From contig JAWOFX010000142.1 in NCBI GenBank assembly GCA_046497275.1, positions 1 to 32,000 of the forward strand: 32,000 nucleotides of DNA. The letters run 5' to 3'. The position numbers and the translations under genes are program-made. The DNA is from Promethearchaeia archaeon. Its GTDB lineage: Archaea; Asgardarchaeota; Lokiarchaeia; Sigyniarchaeales; SOKP01. The first letter of the stretch is position 1. Every line of letters starts with the position of its first letter. Below, one piece after another: positions 1-9,363 of this stretch. The notes beneath the pieces were generated by a model. It was not told the origin of the DNA. It saw only the letters and a list, made by a program, of their open reading frames with translations, and did not search any database.

Positions 1-417
1 TTATCTTCAGAATTCACACGAATAAAACTTCTCTATCATCTTTTACGAGCAAAATTTTACAAAAATCGTGGAAAATTATCATTAGCCCAAAAAATGCTAA
101 AGATGAGTCTAAAGAATATTGAAATTGACAAAATAGATGAGCAATATCATGAACTATTGTCTGATCTGCTTTTAGAATTATCTGAGTACTATATTCATGA
201 TCGGCAAGATACTAAGAAAGCATTTTATTTTTTGAATAAGACGAAAAACCTATTAAGTAGGAAAACTATTGATGGAATCAAAAGATCAATTCGTTGGAAT
301 CTTTTATCGAGCGATTTTTATTCTTTTCTTGTGGAAAAAAAAGATAAAGCACAATATTATATAAAAGAGACTCAAAAACTAAGAAATCAATTAAGAGTAA
401 TTGGAATTGAAGAATAG
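1..417 (+). CDS. C-terminal part of a helical (TPR-like) protein, 5'-truncated by the window
   Basis: Frame 1 is open from base 1 (LSSEFTRIKLLYHLLRAKFYKNRGKLSLAQKMLKM...), so the ATG at 94 is probably internal. The amphipathic helix pattern is TPR-like. Confidence 0.5.
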   Translation, partial: LSSEFTRIKLLYHLLRAKFYKNRGKLSLAQKMLKMSLKNIEIDKIDEQYHELLSDLLLELSEYYIHDRQDTKKAFYFLNKTKNLLSRKTIDGIKRSIRWNLLSSDFYSFLVEKKDKAQYYIKETQKLRNQLRVIGIEE

Positions 418-576
418 AGATAAATAGATAACGAAGTTCTCATGTCATTAATTTTAACTACTATAAATTTGATTTTATTTTCCCATTTTATTCCCTATAA
501 GAATTTTTAAAGAAAAATTAAAAATCAATTAATTTTTATCAATAATAATTCTTTTAAAACATTTATTTGAACGATT

Positions 577-1836
577 ATGCCAACTTCAAAAGATTTTATT
601 GAGATGGATTTAGAATATGGGGCTCATAATTATCATCCTATTCCAGTTGTAATTTCTAAAGCAAAAGGAGTTTGGGTATATGATCCGGAAGGGAAGAAAT
701 ATCTTGATTGTTTATCCGCTTATTCAAGTCAAAATACGGGCCATTGTCATCCGGAGATTATTAAAGCCTTAAAAGAACAAGCTGAAGTGGTAACTCTTAC
801 TTCTAGAGCATTCCATAATGATATGATGGGACCTTATTTAAAAAAATTATGTGAAATAGTCGGTCCTCATATTAATGATCCTGATAATTCTGGAATTATG
901 GCTTTACCTATGAATACTGGAACGGAGGCAGTTTCAACAGGTTTGAAAGTTACCAGAGCATGGGGATATATTAAAAAAAAGATACCTAAGAATAAAGCCC
1001 ATATTTTAGTATGCAACAATAATTTTCATGGAAGAACTATTACAATAGCAGGTTTTAGCTCTGATATTTCAGCTGTTAGATATTATGGAAATTTCGGTCC
1101 TTATACCCCTGGATTTACAATTATTCCATATGGAGATCCAGAAAAATTAGAAAATCATATAATTGAAAAAGGACCCGAAAATATCGCGGGGTTTCTATTT
1201 GAGCCTATTCAAGGAGAGGCGGGAGTTAGGGTTCCTCCAGAGGGGTATCTTAGAGCAACAAGAGAAATTTGTACAAAATATAATATATTAATGATTGCTG
1301 ACGAAATTCAAACTGGTTTAGGAAGAACGGGAGCTCTCTTTGCATGTGATCATGAGAATGTTAAACCCGATATGTTATTACTCGGAAAAGCCTTAGGGGG
1401 TGGAGTCTATCCCGTATCTGCTGTAGTATCAAATAAGGAAATTATAGGATCAGATGTTATAAAAAAAGGTACACACGGTTCAACATTTGGTGGAAATCCT
1501 TTAGCATGTGCTGTAGCTAGTAAATCATTAGATGTACATATTAATGAAAAATTACCAGAAAGAGCCAAAGAGTTAGGAAAGTATTTTATGAATGGTTTGA
1601 ATCAAATTGCCAAGAAAAATACAAAAATACCCGTTAAGGAAGTGAGGGGGAAAGGTCTTTTAACTGCAATAGAGTTTAAAGAGGATGCTAGAAAAATTGT
1701 TGAAGAACTCAAAGATAATGGAATTCTCGCAAAAGATACTCATTCCACCACTATAAGATTTGCTCCCCCCTTGGTAATTACTAAAGAAGAAATCGATTGG
1801 GCGCTGTCAATCATAGAAAAAGTGATTGTTGTCTAA
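577..1836 (+). CDS. rocD: Ornithine aminotransferase (class III PLP aminotransferase)
   Basis: YGAHNYHPIPVV N-terminus, FHGRT, FEPIQGEAG, ADEIQTGLGRTG, LLGKALGGG (PLP lysine), HGSTFGGNPLA, IRFAPPL. Confidence 0.93.
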   Translation: MPTSKDFIEMDLEYGAHNYHPIPVVISKAKGVWVYDPEGKKYLDCLSAYSSQNTGHCHPEIIKALKEQAEVVTLTSRAFHNDMMGPYLKKLCEIVGPHINDPDNSGIMALPMNTGTEAVSTGLKVTRAWGYIKKKIPKNKAHILVCNNNFHGRTITIAGFSSDISAVRYYGNFGPYTPGFTIIPYGDPEKLENHIIEKGPENIAGFLFEPIQGEAGVRVPPEGYLRATREICTKYNILMIADEIQTGLGRTGALFACDHENVKPDMLLLGKALGGGVYPVSAVVSNKEIIGSDVIKKGTHGSTFGGNPLACAVASKSLDVHINEKLPERAKELGKYFMNGLNQIAKKNTKIPVKEVRGKGLLTAIEFKEDARKIVEELKDNGILAKDTHSTTIRFAPPLVITKEEIDWALSIIEKVIVV

Positions 1837-1857
1837 AAAAATCCAAGATAATATTAT

Positions 1858-2778
1858 TTATTTTTCGTTGCTTTCTAAATAAATATGAGTACCAGCAGTA
1901 TTTTGTAATCCATCAATAATTTTATCAATTGAAGTGATTATGGCTTTTTTACCTCCAGCCTCTAAAAAATTAATCGCTGCTTGAATTTTAGGCCCCATAG
2001 TTCCAGAAGGAAAATGCCCTTCTTTCATATATTTTTTCGCTTTTTTTGTTGATAGTTTAGAAAGATATTGACAATCATCTTTCCCATAATTTAATGCTAC
2101 TTTTTCAACATCCGTGGCGATAAGTAATATATCCGCATTTATTTGTTCCCCTAATTTTGCACTTGCTAAGTCCTTATCAATAACAGCCTCCACTCCATGA
2201 AATGTATGTCCTTCTTTAACAACGGGTATACCCCCACCTCCACAAGCAATCACGATAAAATTTTCTTCCATTAATTTCTTTATTTCCTTCCATTGAATTA
2301 TACGTTTAGGGTCTGGTGAAGGAACAACTCTCCTCCATCCTTTTGCAGTTTTTATATAATTTTTTCTTTTCGTTCTATAAGAGGGACCAATTGGTTTAGT
2401 TGGATTTTGAAACGCTTTATCATTAGGATCTACCTCAACATACGTTAGTACGGTGAGGAAATATTTCTTAAGATCTAATCCTAAATTCATCAATTCTTCA
2501 TCCAGAGTACTTTCAATCAAGAACCCCAATTGACCTTGGGTCTCAGCAACTAGAATTTCAAGAGGCATTTTAGTTACCTCTTCAGTAGCTTCTTGTTGAA
2601 GAAGAAGAGAGCCAACTTGTGGTCCATTTCCATGAGTTATAACTAAGCTATAATCTTTAGAAAGTTTAGCAATTTGTTTAATTGGTTTTCTTAGATTTCT
2701 CTTCATTTCATCAGCTGAACCTTTTTCGCTTGGTTTTATTAACGCATTTCCCCCCAGTGCAACAATTAACGTTTTCAT
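1858..2778 (-). CDS. arcC: Carbamate kinase
   Basis: VALGGNAL, THGNGPQVG, NPTKPIGP, RRVVPSPDP, CGGGGIPV, AVIDKDL, GTMGPKIQAA. Confidence 0.95.
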   Translation of the reverse strand: MKTLIVALGGNALIKPSEKGSADEMKRNLRKPIKQIAKLSKDYSLVITHGNGPQVGSLLLQQEATEEVTKMPLEILVAETQGQLGFLIESTLDEELMNLGLDLKKYFLTVLTYVEVDPNDKAFQNPTKPIGPSYRTKRKNYIKTAKGWRRVVPSPDPKRIIQWKEIKKLMEENFIVIACGGGGIPVVKEGHTFHGVEAVIDKDLASAKLGEQINADILLIATDVEKVALNYGKDDCQYLSKLSTKKAKKYMKEGHFPSGTMGPKIQAAINFLEAGGKKAIITSIDKIIDGLQNTAGTHIYLESNEK

Positions 2779-2817
2779 GGAATCAACTCTAAAAAGAAGA
2801 AATAGTACAAATTATAT

Positions 2818-3759
2818 TTAAAATTTTTCCTTTAGAAAAAGCATTATTGCCTTCTGAACATGTAATCGATTTTCTGCCTGATCGAATACTATTGAATGAG
2901 GTCCATCTATAACTTTCGAAGTTTGTTCATATCCTCGCATAGCAGGAAGACAATTCATAAATATAACGTCAGATTTTGCAGTTTCAATGATTTCTTCATT
3001 AACTTGATAAGGCATGAAAGCATTCTTACGTTCATTTTCTTTCTCAACTGGAATGCCGTAGGACATCCAAGAATCAGTATAAATAACATCTGAGTTTAAT
3101 GCTGCTTTTTTAGCATCGTGTAAAACCCTTACTTTCGCACCTGTATTTTTAGAAATATCTGATATTTCTTTAAGAACAACCTCTTCTGGTATAAAATTCT
3201 TTCCCTCTGGGCATGCAACATCCATTTCCAATCCATATAATGCAGCAGCTCTCATTAGATCATATGTGACGTTGTTAAAACCATCACCAAAAAAAGAGAG
3301 TTTCAATCTATCGATTTTCTCTTTATTTTCTTTTATAGTAAAAAGATCGGAGAGTATTTGGCAAGGATGAGCAAAATCATCTAACATATTAATAACTGGA
3401 ATAGATGCATATTTTGCTAAATCCCAAATATCCTGCCGTTTATAAACTCTTGCTGCGAGGATATGAGCGTATCTAGAGACCACTCTAGCCATATCCTCAA
3501 TAGTTTCTTTCCTTCCTAAAGGAGAATCCTTAATAGAATAGAAAATTGCTTGTCCTCCTAATTCAAACATACCTGTTTCAAAAGATATTCTCGTTCTAAG
3601 GGAAGGCTTCTCGAAGAACATAAGCAAAGTTTGATTTTGTAAAGTATCTTTATATTTTTCGGGATTTTTTTTTATATCTGCTGCTTTTTCAATGATTTGA
3701 TTACATTCTTTTTTATTCAAATCAGTTATTTTTAATAAATTTCTTACCATTTTTTTCAC
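2818..3759 (-). CDS. argF: Ornithine carbamoyltransferase, catabolic/metamonad-like subtype (start GTG 3759 or ATG 3750)
   Basis: KPSLRTR, HPCQ, NNVTYDL, YTDSWMSY, FMNCLPA, ENRLH. Adjacent to carbamate kinase. Confidence 0.92.
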   Translation of the reverse strand: MKKMVRNLLKITDLNKKECNQIIEKAADIKKNPEKYKDTLQNQTLLMFFEKPSLRTRISFETGMFELGGQAIFYSIKDSPLGRKETIEDMARVVSRYAHILAARVYKRQDIWDLAKYASIPVINMLDDFAHPCQILSDLFTIKENKEKIDRLKLSFFGDGFNNVTYDLMRAAALYGLEMDVACPEGKNFIPEEVVLKEISDISKNTGAKVRVLHDAKKAALNSDVIYTDSWMSYGIPVEKENERKNAFMPYQVNEEIIETAKSDVIFMNCLPAMRGYEQTSKVIDGPHSIVFDQAENRLHVQKAIMLFLKEKF

Positions 3760-3807
3760 ATCTGATTTTGTAGAATATTAATAATACTATTTTTATTTTT
3801 ACTTTTT

Positions 3808-4974
3808 TCATTTTAGCTTTTCTTTTTGAGAAAAGTCTCGATCTAAAGAGAAATCTTCTAAAATGGTTCTTGATTTTGAATTAAGTTTTTTTCCACTTAT
3901 CATATCGGCTAATAATTCACCTAAACTTGGTCCTAACATAAATCCTTGACCACATAATCCTATTGCATTAATATATCCACGTGGTCCAGCCTTACCTATT
4001 ATTGGATTTCCATCTGGCGTCATCGGATAAAGCCCTCTCCATGTTCTCCTTATTTTCACATAATTTAAACGAGGAAGTAATCGTATTAAACGCTTTGAAA
4101 CCTGAGGAAGAAAGGAACTTGTTTCTCGTTTATCTGTTCCTAATATGGGAGGATCTGGGGTGATACAAAAAATAATTTGACCCTCTTTTGTTTGATAAAA
4201 GTAAGAATTCTGTGAATCGCCAAAAATTGGGTCTTTAATCGGTGTAAGATCCACAACCATAGTAGAGAAAAAAGGTTTTACTGGTTCAGTAATTCCTGCT
4301 TCATGGGATTCTGGAATAACTGGGACATCTAAGCCGACCATCCTTGCGATATATTTCGCAAAAGCTCCAGCCGCATTTATAATATAATCAGCTTTATAAG
4401 ATTGATGTTCTGATTTTACTTCAATTTTTTCATTATTATTGGTAATAATATCTATAACTTTTTCATTGAAATGAAATACAGCTCCTAATCTCACAGCTTC
4501 CCTATAAAACGCATTTAAAGCCAATAAGGGAGATGCATGACCATCTTCAGGGCTGTAGGTCCCTCCTATAACATAATTGTTATTAATTCCAGGAATTAGT
4601 TCCTTAATCTTTTCTCTATCAATATGATTAATAACAAGTCCATGTTTTTTTTGTTTTTCAACCATTTCTATAAGAAACTTATTTTCTTCCTCATCAGATG
4701 CAACAAATGTATATCCTCCTTGTTCCCAATCTATTTCATCACTATATTTTTTTTTCCAAGATGAAAATATTTCAATAGAACGTTGAGATGCCCAAATTTT
4801 GGATCTATGAGAGTGTGTTGCTCTTATTCCACCAATAGCATGTTTATTATCTCCTTGTGCGACAGATGGTAGGGCTTCAAGAACTAAGGTTTTAAGCCCA
4901 TTTTGAATACATCGTAATGCAGTAGGTACACCAATTGATCCTGCTCCAATTATTATAACATCATACTCATCCAA
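3808..4974 (-). CDS. FAD-dependent amine/amino-acid oxidoreductase (DAO family; proline dehydrogenase beta / sarcosine oxidase beta-like), TTG start
   Basis: IIGAGSIG dinucleotide fold, IINAAGA, WRGLYPMTPDGNPIIG, GLCGQGFMLGP. Adjacent to an alpha-like partner gene. Confidence 0.8.
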   Translation of the reverse strand: MDEYDVIIIGAGSIGVPTALRCIQNGLKTLVLEALPSVAQGDNKHAIGGIRATHSHRSKIWASQRSIEIFSSWKKKYSDEIDWEQGGYTFVASDEEENKFLIEMVEKQKKHGLVINHIDREKIKELIPGINNNYVIGGTYSPEDGHASPLLALNAFYREAVRLGAVFHFNEKVIDIITNNNEKIEVKSEHQSYKADYIINAAGAFAKYIARMVGLDVPVIPESHEAGITEPVKPFFSTMVVDLTPIKDPIFGDSQNSYFYQTKEGQIIFCITPDPPILGTDKRETSSFLPQVSKRLIRLLPRLNYVKIRRTWRGLYPMTPDGNPIIGKAGPRGYINAIGLCGQGFMLGPSLGELLADMISGKKLNSKSRTILEDFSLDRDFSQKEKLK

Positions 4975-4979
4975 GAATT

Positions 4980-7067
4980 TTAGCCTCCCTCCTCTGCATC
5001 TTCTTTAAATCCAGCAAAATATTTCATTGGAACTTCCATATTTATAGGACGAATTGTTCCCTCAATAATATCCTCCTTCGAAAAACCTTCATCAAGATAA
5101 AGTTTTTCAATAAGTGGTTTACATGTTTTTCCTCCACATGCCCCTAAACTAGCTCTTGTAAGGGCTTTCAATTCATTAATATCAGTGACTCCCAATTTGA
5201 TCCATTTTCTAATCTCCCCTGCACTCACACGTTCACAACGACACACAATAGCTTCATCAGGTAAATGTGGTTTATTATACACTTTAAGTGGTTTATGATG
5301 AACGTCTGGATATTTAGTTATACCAACTGCGCTTTTGGCAATATTTTTGGGAAGTTTAATGCTGACAAGTTGAGTATGGGGATATTTTTTGAGAATTTTT
5401 ACGTTATTAATTTTAAATTTCCCTAATTCACCTTTGTTTGACATTACTGTTATAATATCATTTTTATCTAGTTTTGAAGCACCCATTTCATAAGCAAAAG
5501 TTACTATTGGGTTTTGTTTATCTTTGCGATAATCAATTAAAGTAATCGCCAATCCTGGACAAACTGCGACACATTCACCGCAACCTAAACATTCTTTTTC
5601 ATCTTTAAAATAAGGTAATTCTGTAATTAAATTATCTTTAGTTGCGATCTGATTTTGAGGGCAAACTGTAGTACATGGATTACAAGGGATTTTCTGGTTA
5701 CAATGAAAAATTGGAAAGACACCAGTTTCTTTTTTGATTGTTTTTGTTTGAATAGGATCTGGAGGTCTTTTACCAATAATTTCAGCTTTTTTATACATTT
5801 CTTCAATATCTTCTTTGATTTCAAATCCCATATCTTTTAAAATTTTTAATCCTTCAATTTTTCCTCTGTATATTGCTGATGATGCTTCAGCTATTTCTTG
5901 AGCATCTCCGGCAATCCAAGCTTTTAATCCAAAATCTTTTGCTTTAAGATAAAATTCATTAATAGGAATTAACCCAACTGCGATTAATATTGTATCACAT
6001 TCAAAGGTTTTTTCACTCGTATCTATCGGGTTCCATTTCTCATCCAATCCTGCTATAGTAATAGATTCAACTTTATTATTGCCATTAGCAGATAAAATTG
6101 TATGACGGGTATAAATAGGGACTCCTAAATTTCTTAATTTATCTTCATGAACTTTATATCCACCACATTTGGGCATAGCTTCAATTAATCCAACTACTTC
6201 TATGCCTGCTTGTAATGCGTGATAACCCGCTATTAATCCAACATTACCTCCTCCAACAATAAAAATTTTTTTTGATGGTTTTACCAGATCACGATTGACC
6301 AACGTCTGGAATGCTCCGGCACCATAAACTCCTGGTAGGGTATCACCGGGAAAGATGAGCATTTTTTCACGTGCTCCAGTAGCTATTAATATATGATCTG
6401 ATTTGACTAGATAGTAAATCCCCCCATTTTTCAAAATTCCTACTTTTCCATCACTAAACACAGCAAGAGCAAGACTATTAATCCAGATATCAACATTATC
6501 ATAAGCATTTATTTTTTCATTGAGAATGCTGGCAATTTCAATCCCTCTTTTTCCTGCATATACATCCTCTTGTGAGCCAAAGAATTTATGTGTCTGAAGA
6601 ATTAATTTTCCCCCTAATTGTGATTTGTCATCAACGATTATTATTTTAATTCTCTGTTTAGCTAACACATTAGCCGCGGATAATCCAGCAGGTCCTCCAC
6701 CAACAATCAAAACCTGAGTTTCCAAAGTTTTGGGGTTTTTAAATTCCCCGAATTTATTAGATAATGGGATATTTGGTAATCCTTCGCAAGATTCTATATG
6801 CATTCCTTCTCGAATCTTTGTCATACAAGCTTTTTTTGGAACATCATCAACTAATATGTTACATTGAGCACATTGCCCGTTTGCGCAAAAAATACCCTGA
6901 GGTGAATTATCTTTAATATGATGTCCAAATATATGAATATCATTCATTATTAATGCTGAAGAAATTACCATATCTTCAAAAGCAGTATATTTCTTTCCGT
7001 TGAAATAAAATTTAATTGGGTTTCTTTTCGGTATATCCAATATTGGATGATCTTTAATATAATTCAT
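4980..7067 (-). CDS. Multidomain FAD/NAD(P) oxidoreductase with N-terminal [2Fe-2S], 2x[4Fe-4S] and C-terminal BFD-like [2Fe-2S] (proline dehydrogenase / sarcosine oxidase alpha-like fusion)
   Basis: FCANGQCAQC..C; VGGGPAG and VGGGNVG; ATGARE; CNQKIPCNPCTTVCP and CLGCGECVAVCP; CRCE...GACGGKTC. Confidence 0.8.
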   Translation of the reverse strand: MNYIKDHPILDIPKRNPIKFYFNGKKYTAFEDMVISSALIMNDIHIFGHHIKDNSPQGIFCANGQCAQCNILVDDVPKKACMTKIREGMHIESCEGLPNIPLSNKFGEFKNPKTLETQVLIVGGGPAGLSAANVLAKQRIKIIIVDDKSQLGGKLILQTHKFFGSQEDVYAGKRGIEIASILNEKINAYDNVDIWINSLALAVFSDGKVGILKNGGIYYLVKSDHILIATGAREKMLIFPGDTLPGVYGAGAFQTLVNRDLVKPSKKIFIVGGGNVGLIAGYHALQAGIEVVGLIEAMPKCGGYKVHEDKLRNLGVPIYTRHTILSANGNNKVESITIAGLDEKWNPIDTSEKTFECDTILIAVGLIPINEFYLKAKDFGLKAWIAGDAQEIAEASSAIYRGKIEGLKILKDMGFEIKEDIEEMYKKAEIIGKRPPDPIQTKTIKKETGVFPIFHCNQKIPCNPCTTVCPQNQIATKDNLITELPYFKDEKECLGCGECVAVCPGLAITLIDYRKDKQNPIVTFAYEMGASKLDKNDIITVMSNKGELGKFKINNVKILKKYPHTQLVSIKLPKNIAKSAVGITKYPDVHHKPLKVYNKPHLPDEAIVCRCERVSAGEIRKWIKLGVTDINELKALTRASLGACGGKTCKPLIEKLYLDEGFSKEDIIEGTIRPINMEVPMKYFAGFKEDAEEGG

Positions 7068-7103
7068 TTGAAATTCTACAGCTCATCTCTAAAAAGTAAT
7101 ATA

Positions 7104-9284
7104 TTATTGGTAAGGAGATATAATTTCTAAAACATCTTTAAAATCTATATTTAATTTTTTAACAAACTCTAAGGTAGGACATCCTTTATTATTCCATCCT
7201 CTTTCTTTATAGACTGCATCTTGTAAAAGACTATATTGCTTTTCACGATATTCTCGCAAAACTTTTATTTTTTCTTCAACAGATCTCCCCTCTTTTTCAA
7301 ATCCTAAATCTTTGAGTTGAGAATCATATCGTTCTTTACGACTGTTATATTCTAAAGGAGTAACTGGTCCCATTGACCTATACGGAAGATTTGAATCATG
7401 TTTTCGAAGTCCTTTCCCTTGACGAATATTAAAGATTCTTTGGAAATTATACACTCTCTCTGACATCCGAATAAGATCTTCTGATGTTGATTCTCTGCCA
7501 GTTACCGCTGAAAAATACTCTGCATACCATTCGATATGCTTTGGGATGGTTGCCCTTACCAAGGCTCCGGTATCTTCGTCCTTGATGGGATTATCCGCAT
7601 TATCTGGGGGGACAATATCATTCCACGGGAGCTTGCACAATCCGCACAATCCAAACCATGTACGCCAATAAGGAAAAAACTTAAGAGCAATTGCCTTATC
7701 CTCAAAAGTTGGGATAGTATTACGGACCATATCCTCAAAGATTAACCATGCCTCGTCATGTTGAGGTCCCTTATTAGTTAAACCATACCCTCCTTGCTGA
7801 GCTAATGATTCTTTAGTAACATATTCTGAAAATTCTAATCCTTTATGTTCCATTCCAATATCGTGTAAAAATTGAGGATCTGCATCATACTTCTCTGAAA
7901 AATATTTTTTCATATATTTTATTCCTTTTCCAACGATAACACCAAATCCGTCTCCTCTTGCCATCTGATGAATCAATTCTAAGGCAGATTCGGCATTTCC
8001 AAATTCTAGATTTAATCCCCCCGTTTTTTCTTCGTTTAGGATTCCATTTTCAAAACATTCCATAACAAATGCTATCCCTGTACCCACAGATATAGTATCT
8101 AATCCATAAGTATCGCAATAGAAATTTGCCTCAAGAACCCATTTAGGATCCCATACTCCCCAATTTGATCCACAACCCGCTATTGTTTCATATTCTGGTC
8201 CATCAACTATAACGTTTTGACCTTTAAATGGACCTGTACGAACCATATAGCCTTCGGAATAATGTGAACAACTCACTGTACAGCCTATCCAACATCCATC
8301 CGCCCCTTGTTTCCCAGAATATATTTTTTTCCATACATCACTCGCATATGGAAAATTTTCTTCTTCTGTTTCTTCATATGCTCCAAATCTAAAATTCTCT
8401 GTAGGTAATAAATCCGTTGCTCTCATGATTTCAGGAAGATGCCCCGTTCCAATTTCTCTCATTCGATTTTGATTTGGATCGTTTTTTACAATTTCTTTAT
8501 TATGTTTTTTTCCAAATTCACGCGCTCGTTCCAGATCATCTGGATTATTCGATTTTACACTCACATTAGGAGCTCGACAAACTATTGCTTTGATTTTTTT
8601 ATCAGCAAATACTGTACCTATGCCTCCTCTGCCAGCTTGCTTGCTAGAAGCCCATTCTCTAGAATTTGTATACCAAGAAAAATTCAACATCCCCCAATTG
8701 GAATGTTTAGCTGCTGGACCTGTACTGACTACCGATATTTGGTTTTTTTCTTTTTCACTTTTCGCATATTTTTTAGTTAACTGTTGCGTTAAAAGGTGTG
8801 AATATTCTGAAAGATTTTCTCCATCCTTAACCTCTTCAATTCTGATAATATGATCAATTCCATCGATATAAATTATAACCTCTTTATCTGCTTTCCCTTG
8901 AATTTCTAATGCGTCAAATCCAGAGAATTTTAAGTAGGGTCCAAAATAACCTCCTACATTACTATCAATAATTATGCCTGTTAGTGGTGAGATTGTAGTC
9001 ACTATTGACTTACCAGACCCTGGATAAAAAACACTTCCCCCTAAAGGTCCCGAGGATATACATATTTCATTATCAAGGCTATTCCACTTTACAATTTCGT
9101 CTTTTGGCAGACTGTTCCACATTAACCATAAATCAAATCCCTTCCCTCCGATGAAAACCTCTTTCATTTTTTCGGAGACAGGTTTTATTTCTATTTGGTT
9201 AGTTGAGAGATTAATATATAATGTTTGATTAACGTATCCCTTCTTGATTTCATTAAATGTATAACTTATGTTATTCTTAATCAA
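7104..9284 (-). CDS. aor: Aldehyde:ferredoxin oxidoreductase family (W/Mo-pterin), TTG start
   Basis: FIGGKG, GPLGG, SPLTG..DSNVGG, QAGRGGIG, KKIKAI, DGPEYET, DTYGLDTIS, KGLEFSEY, NKGPQHD, GLCKLPW. Confidence 0.88.
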   Translation of the reverse strand: MIKNNISYTFNEIKKGYVNQTLYINLSTNQIEIKPVSEKMKEVFIGGKGFDLWLMWNSLPKDEIVKWNSLDNEICISSGPLGGSVFYPGSGKSIVTTISPLTGIIIDSNVGGYFGPYLKFSGFDALEIQGKADKEVIIYIDGIDHIIRIEEVKDGENLSEYSHLLTQQLTKKYAKSEKEKNQISVVSTGPAAKHSNWGMLNFSWYTNSREWASSKQAGRGGIGTVFADKKIKAIVCRAPNVSVKSNNPDDLERAREFGKKHNKEIVKNDPNQNRMREIGTGHLPEIMRATDLLPTENFRFGAYEETEEENFPYASDVWKKIYSGKQGADGCWIGCTVSCSHYSEGYMVRTGPFKGQNVIVDGPEYETIAGCGSNWGVWDPKWVLEANFYCDTYGLDTISVGTGIAFVMECFENGILNEEKTGGLNLEFGNAESALELIHQMARGDGFGVIVGKGIKYMKKYFSEKYDADPQFLHDIGMEHKGLEFSEYVTKESLAQQGGYGLTNKGPQHDEAWLIFEDMVRNTIPTFEDKAIALKFFPYWRTWFGLCGLCKLPWNDIVPPDNADNPIKDEDTGALVRATIPKHIEWYAEYFSAVTGRESTSEDLIRMSERVYNFQRIFNIRQGKGLRKHDSNLPYRSMGPVTPLEYNSRKERYDSQLKDLGFEKEGRSVEEKIKVLREYREKQYSLLQDAVYKERGWNNKGCPTLEFVKKLNIDFKDVLEIISPYQ

Positions 9285-9363
9285 AATAAATCACATTTTT
9301 TAAAAAATACTTGCTAATTATCAATTCTAATATAATATTTTATTGGTTAAATAGAAAATGTAT

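Noticed and set aside
503-517. Two-mismatch copy of the regulon motif on the minus strand upstream of rocD
   Set aside because: It points antisense into the TPR-like gene with no downstream ORF. I treat it as background, but note it as a counter-example.
2896-8853. Short opposite-strand or alternate-frame ORFs (2896, 3981, 5627, 5655, 7536, 7556, 8439, 8590)
   Set aside because: They lie fully inside well-supported genes and have no motifs, so they are shadow ORFs.
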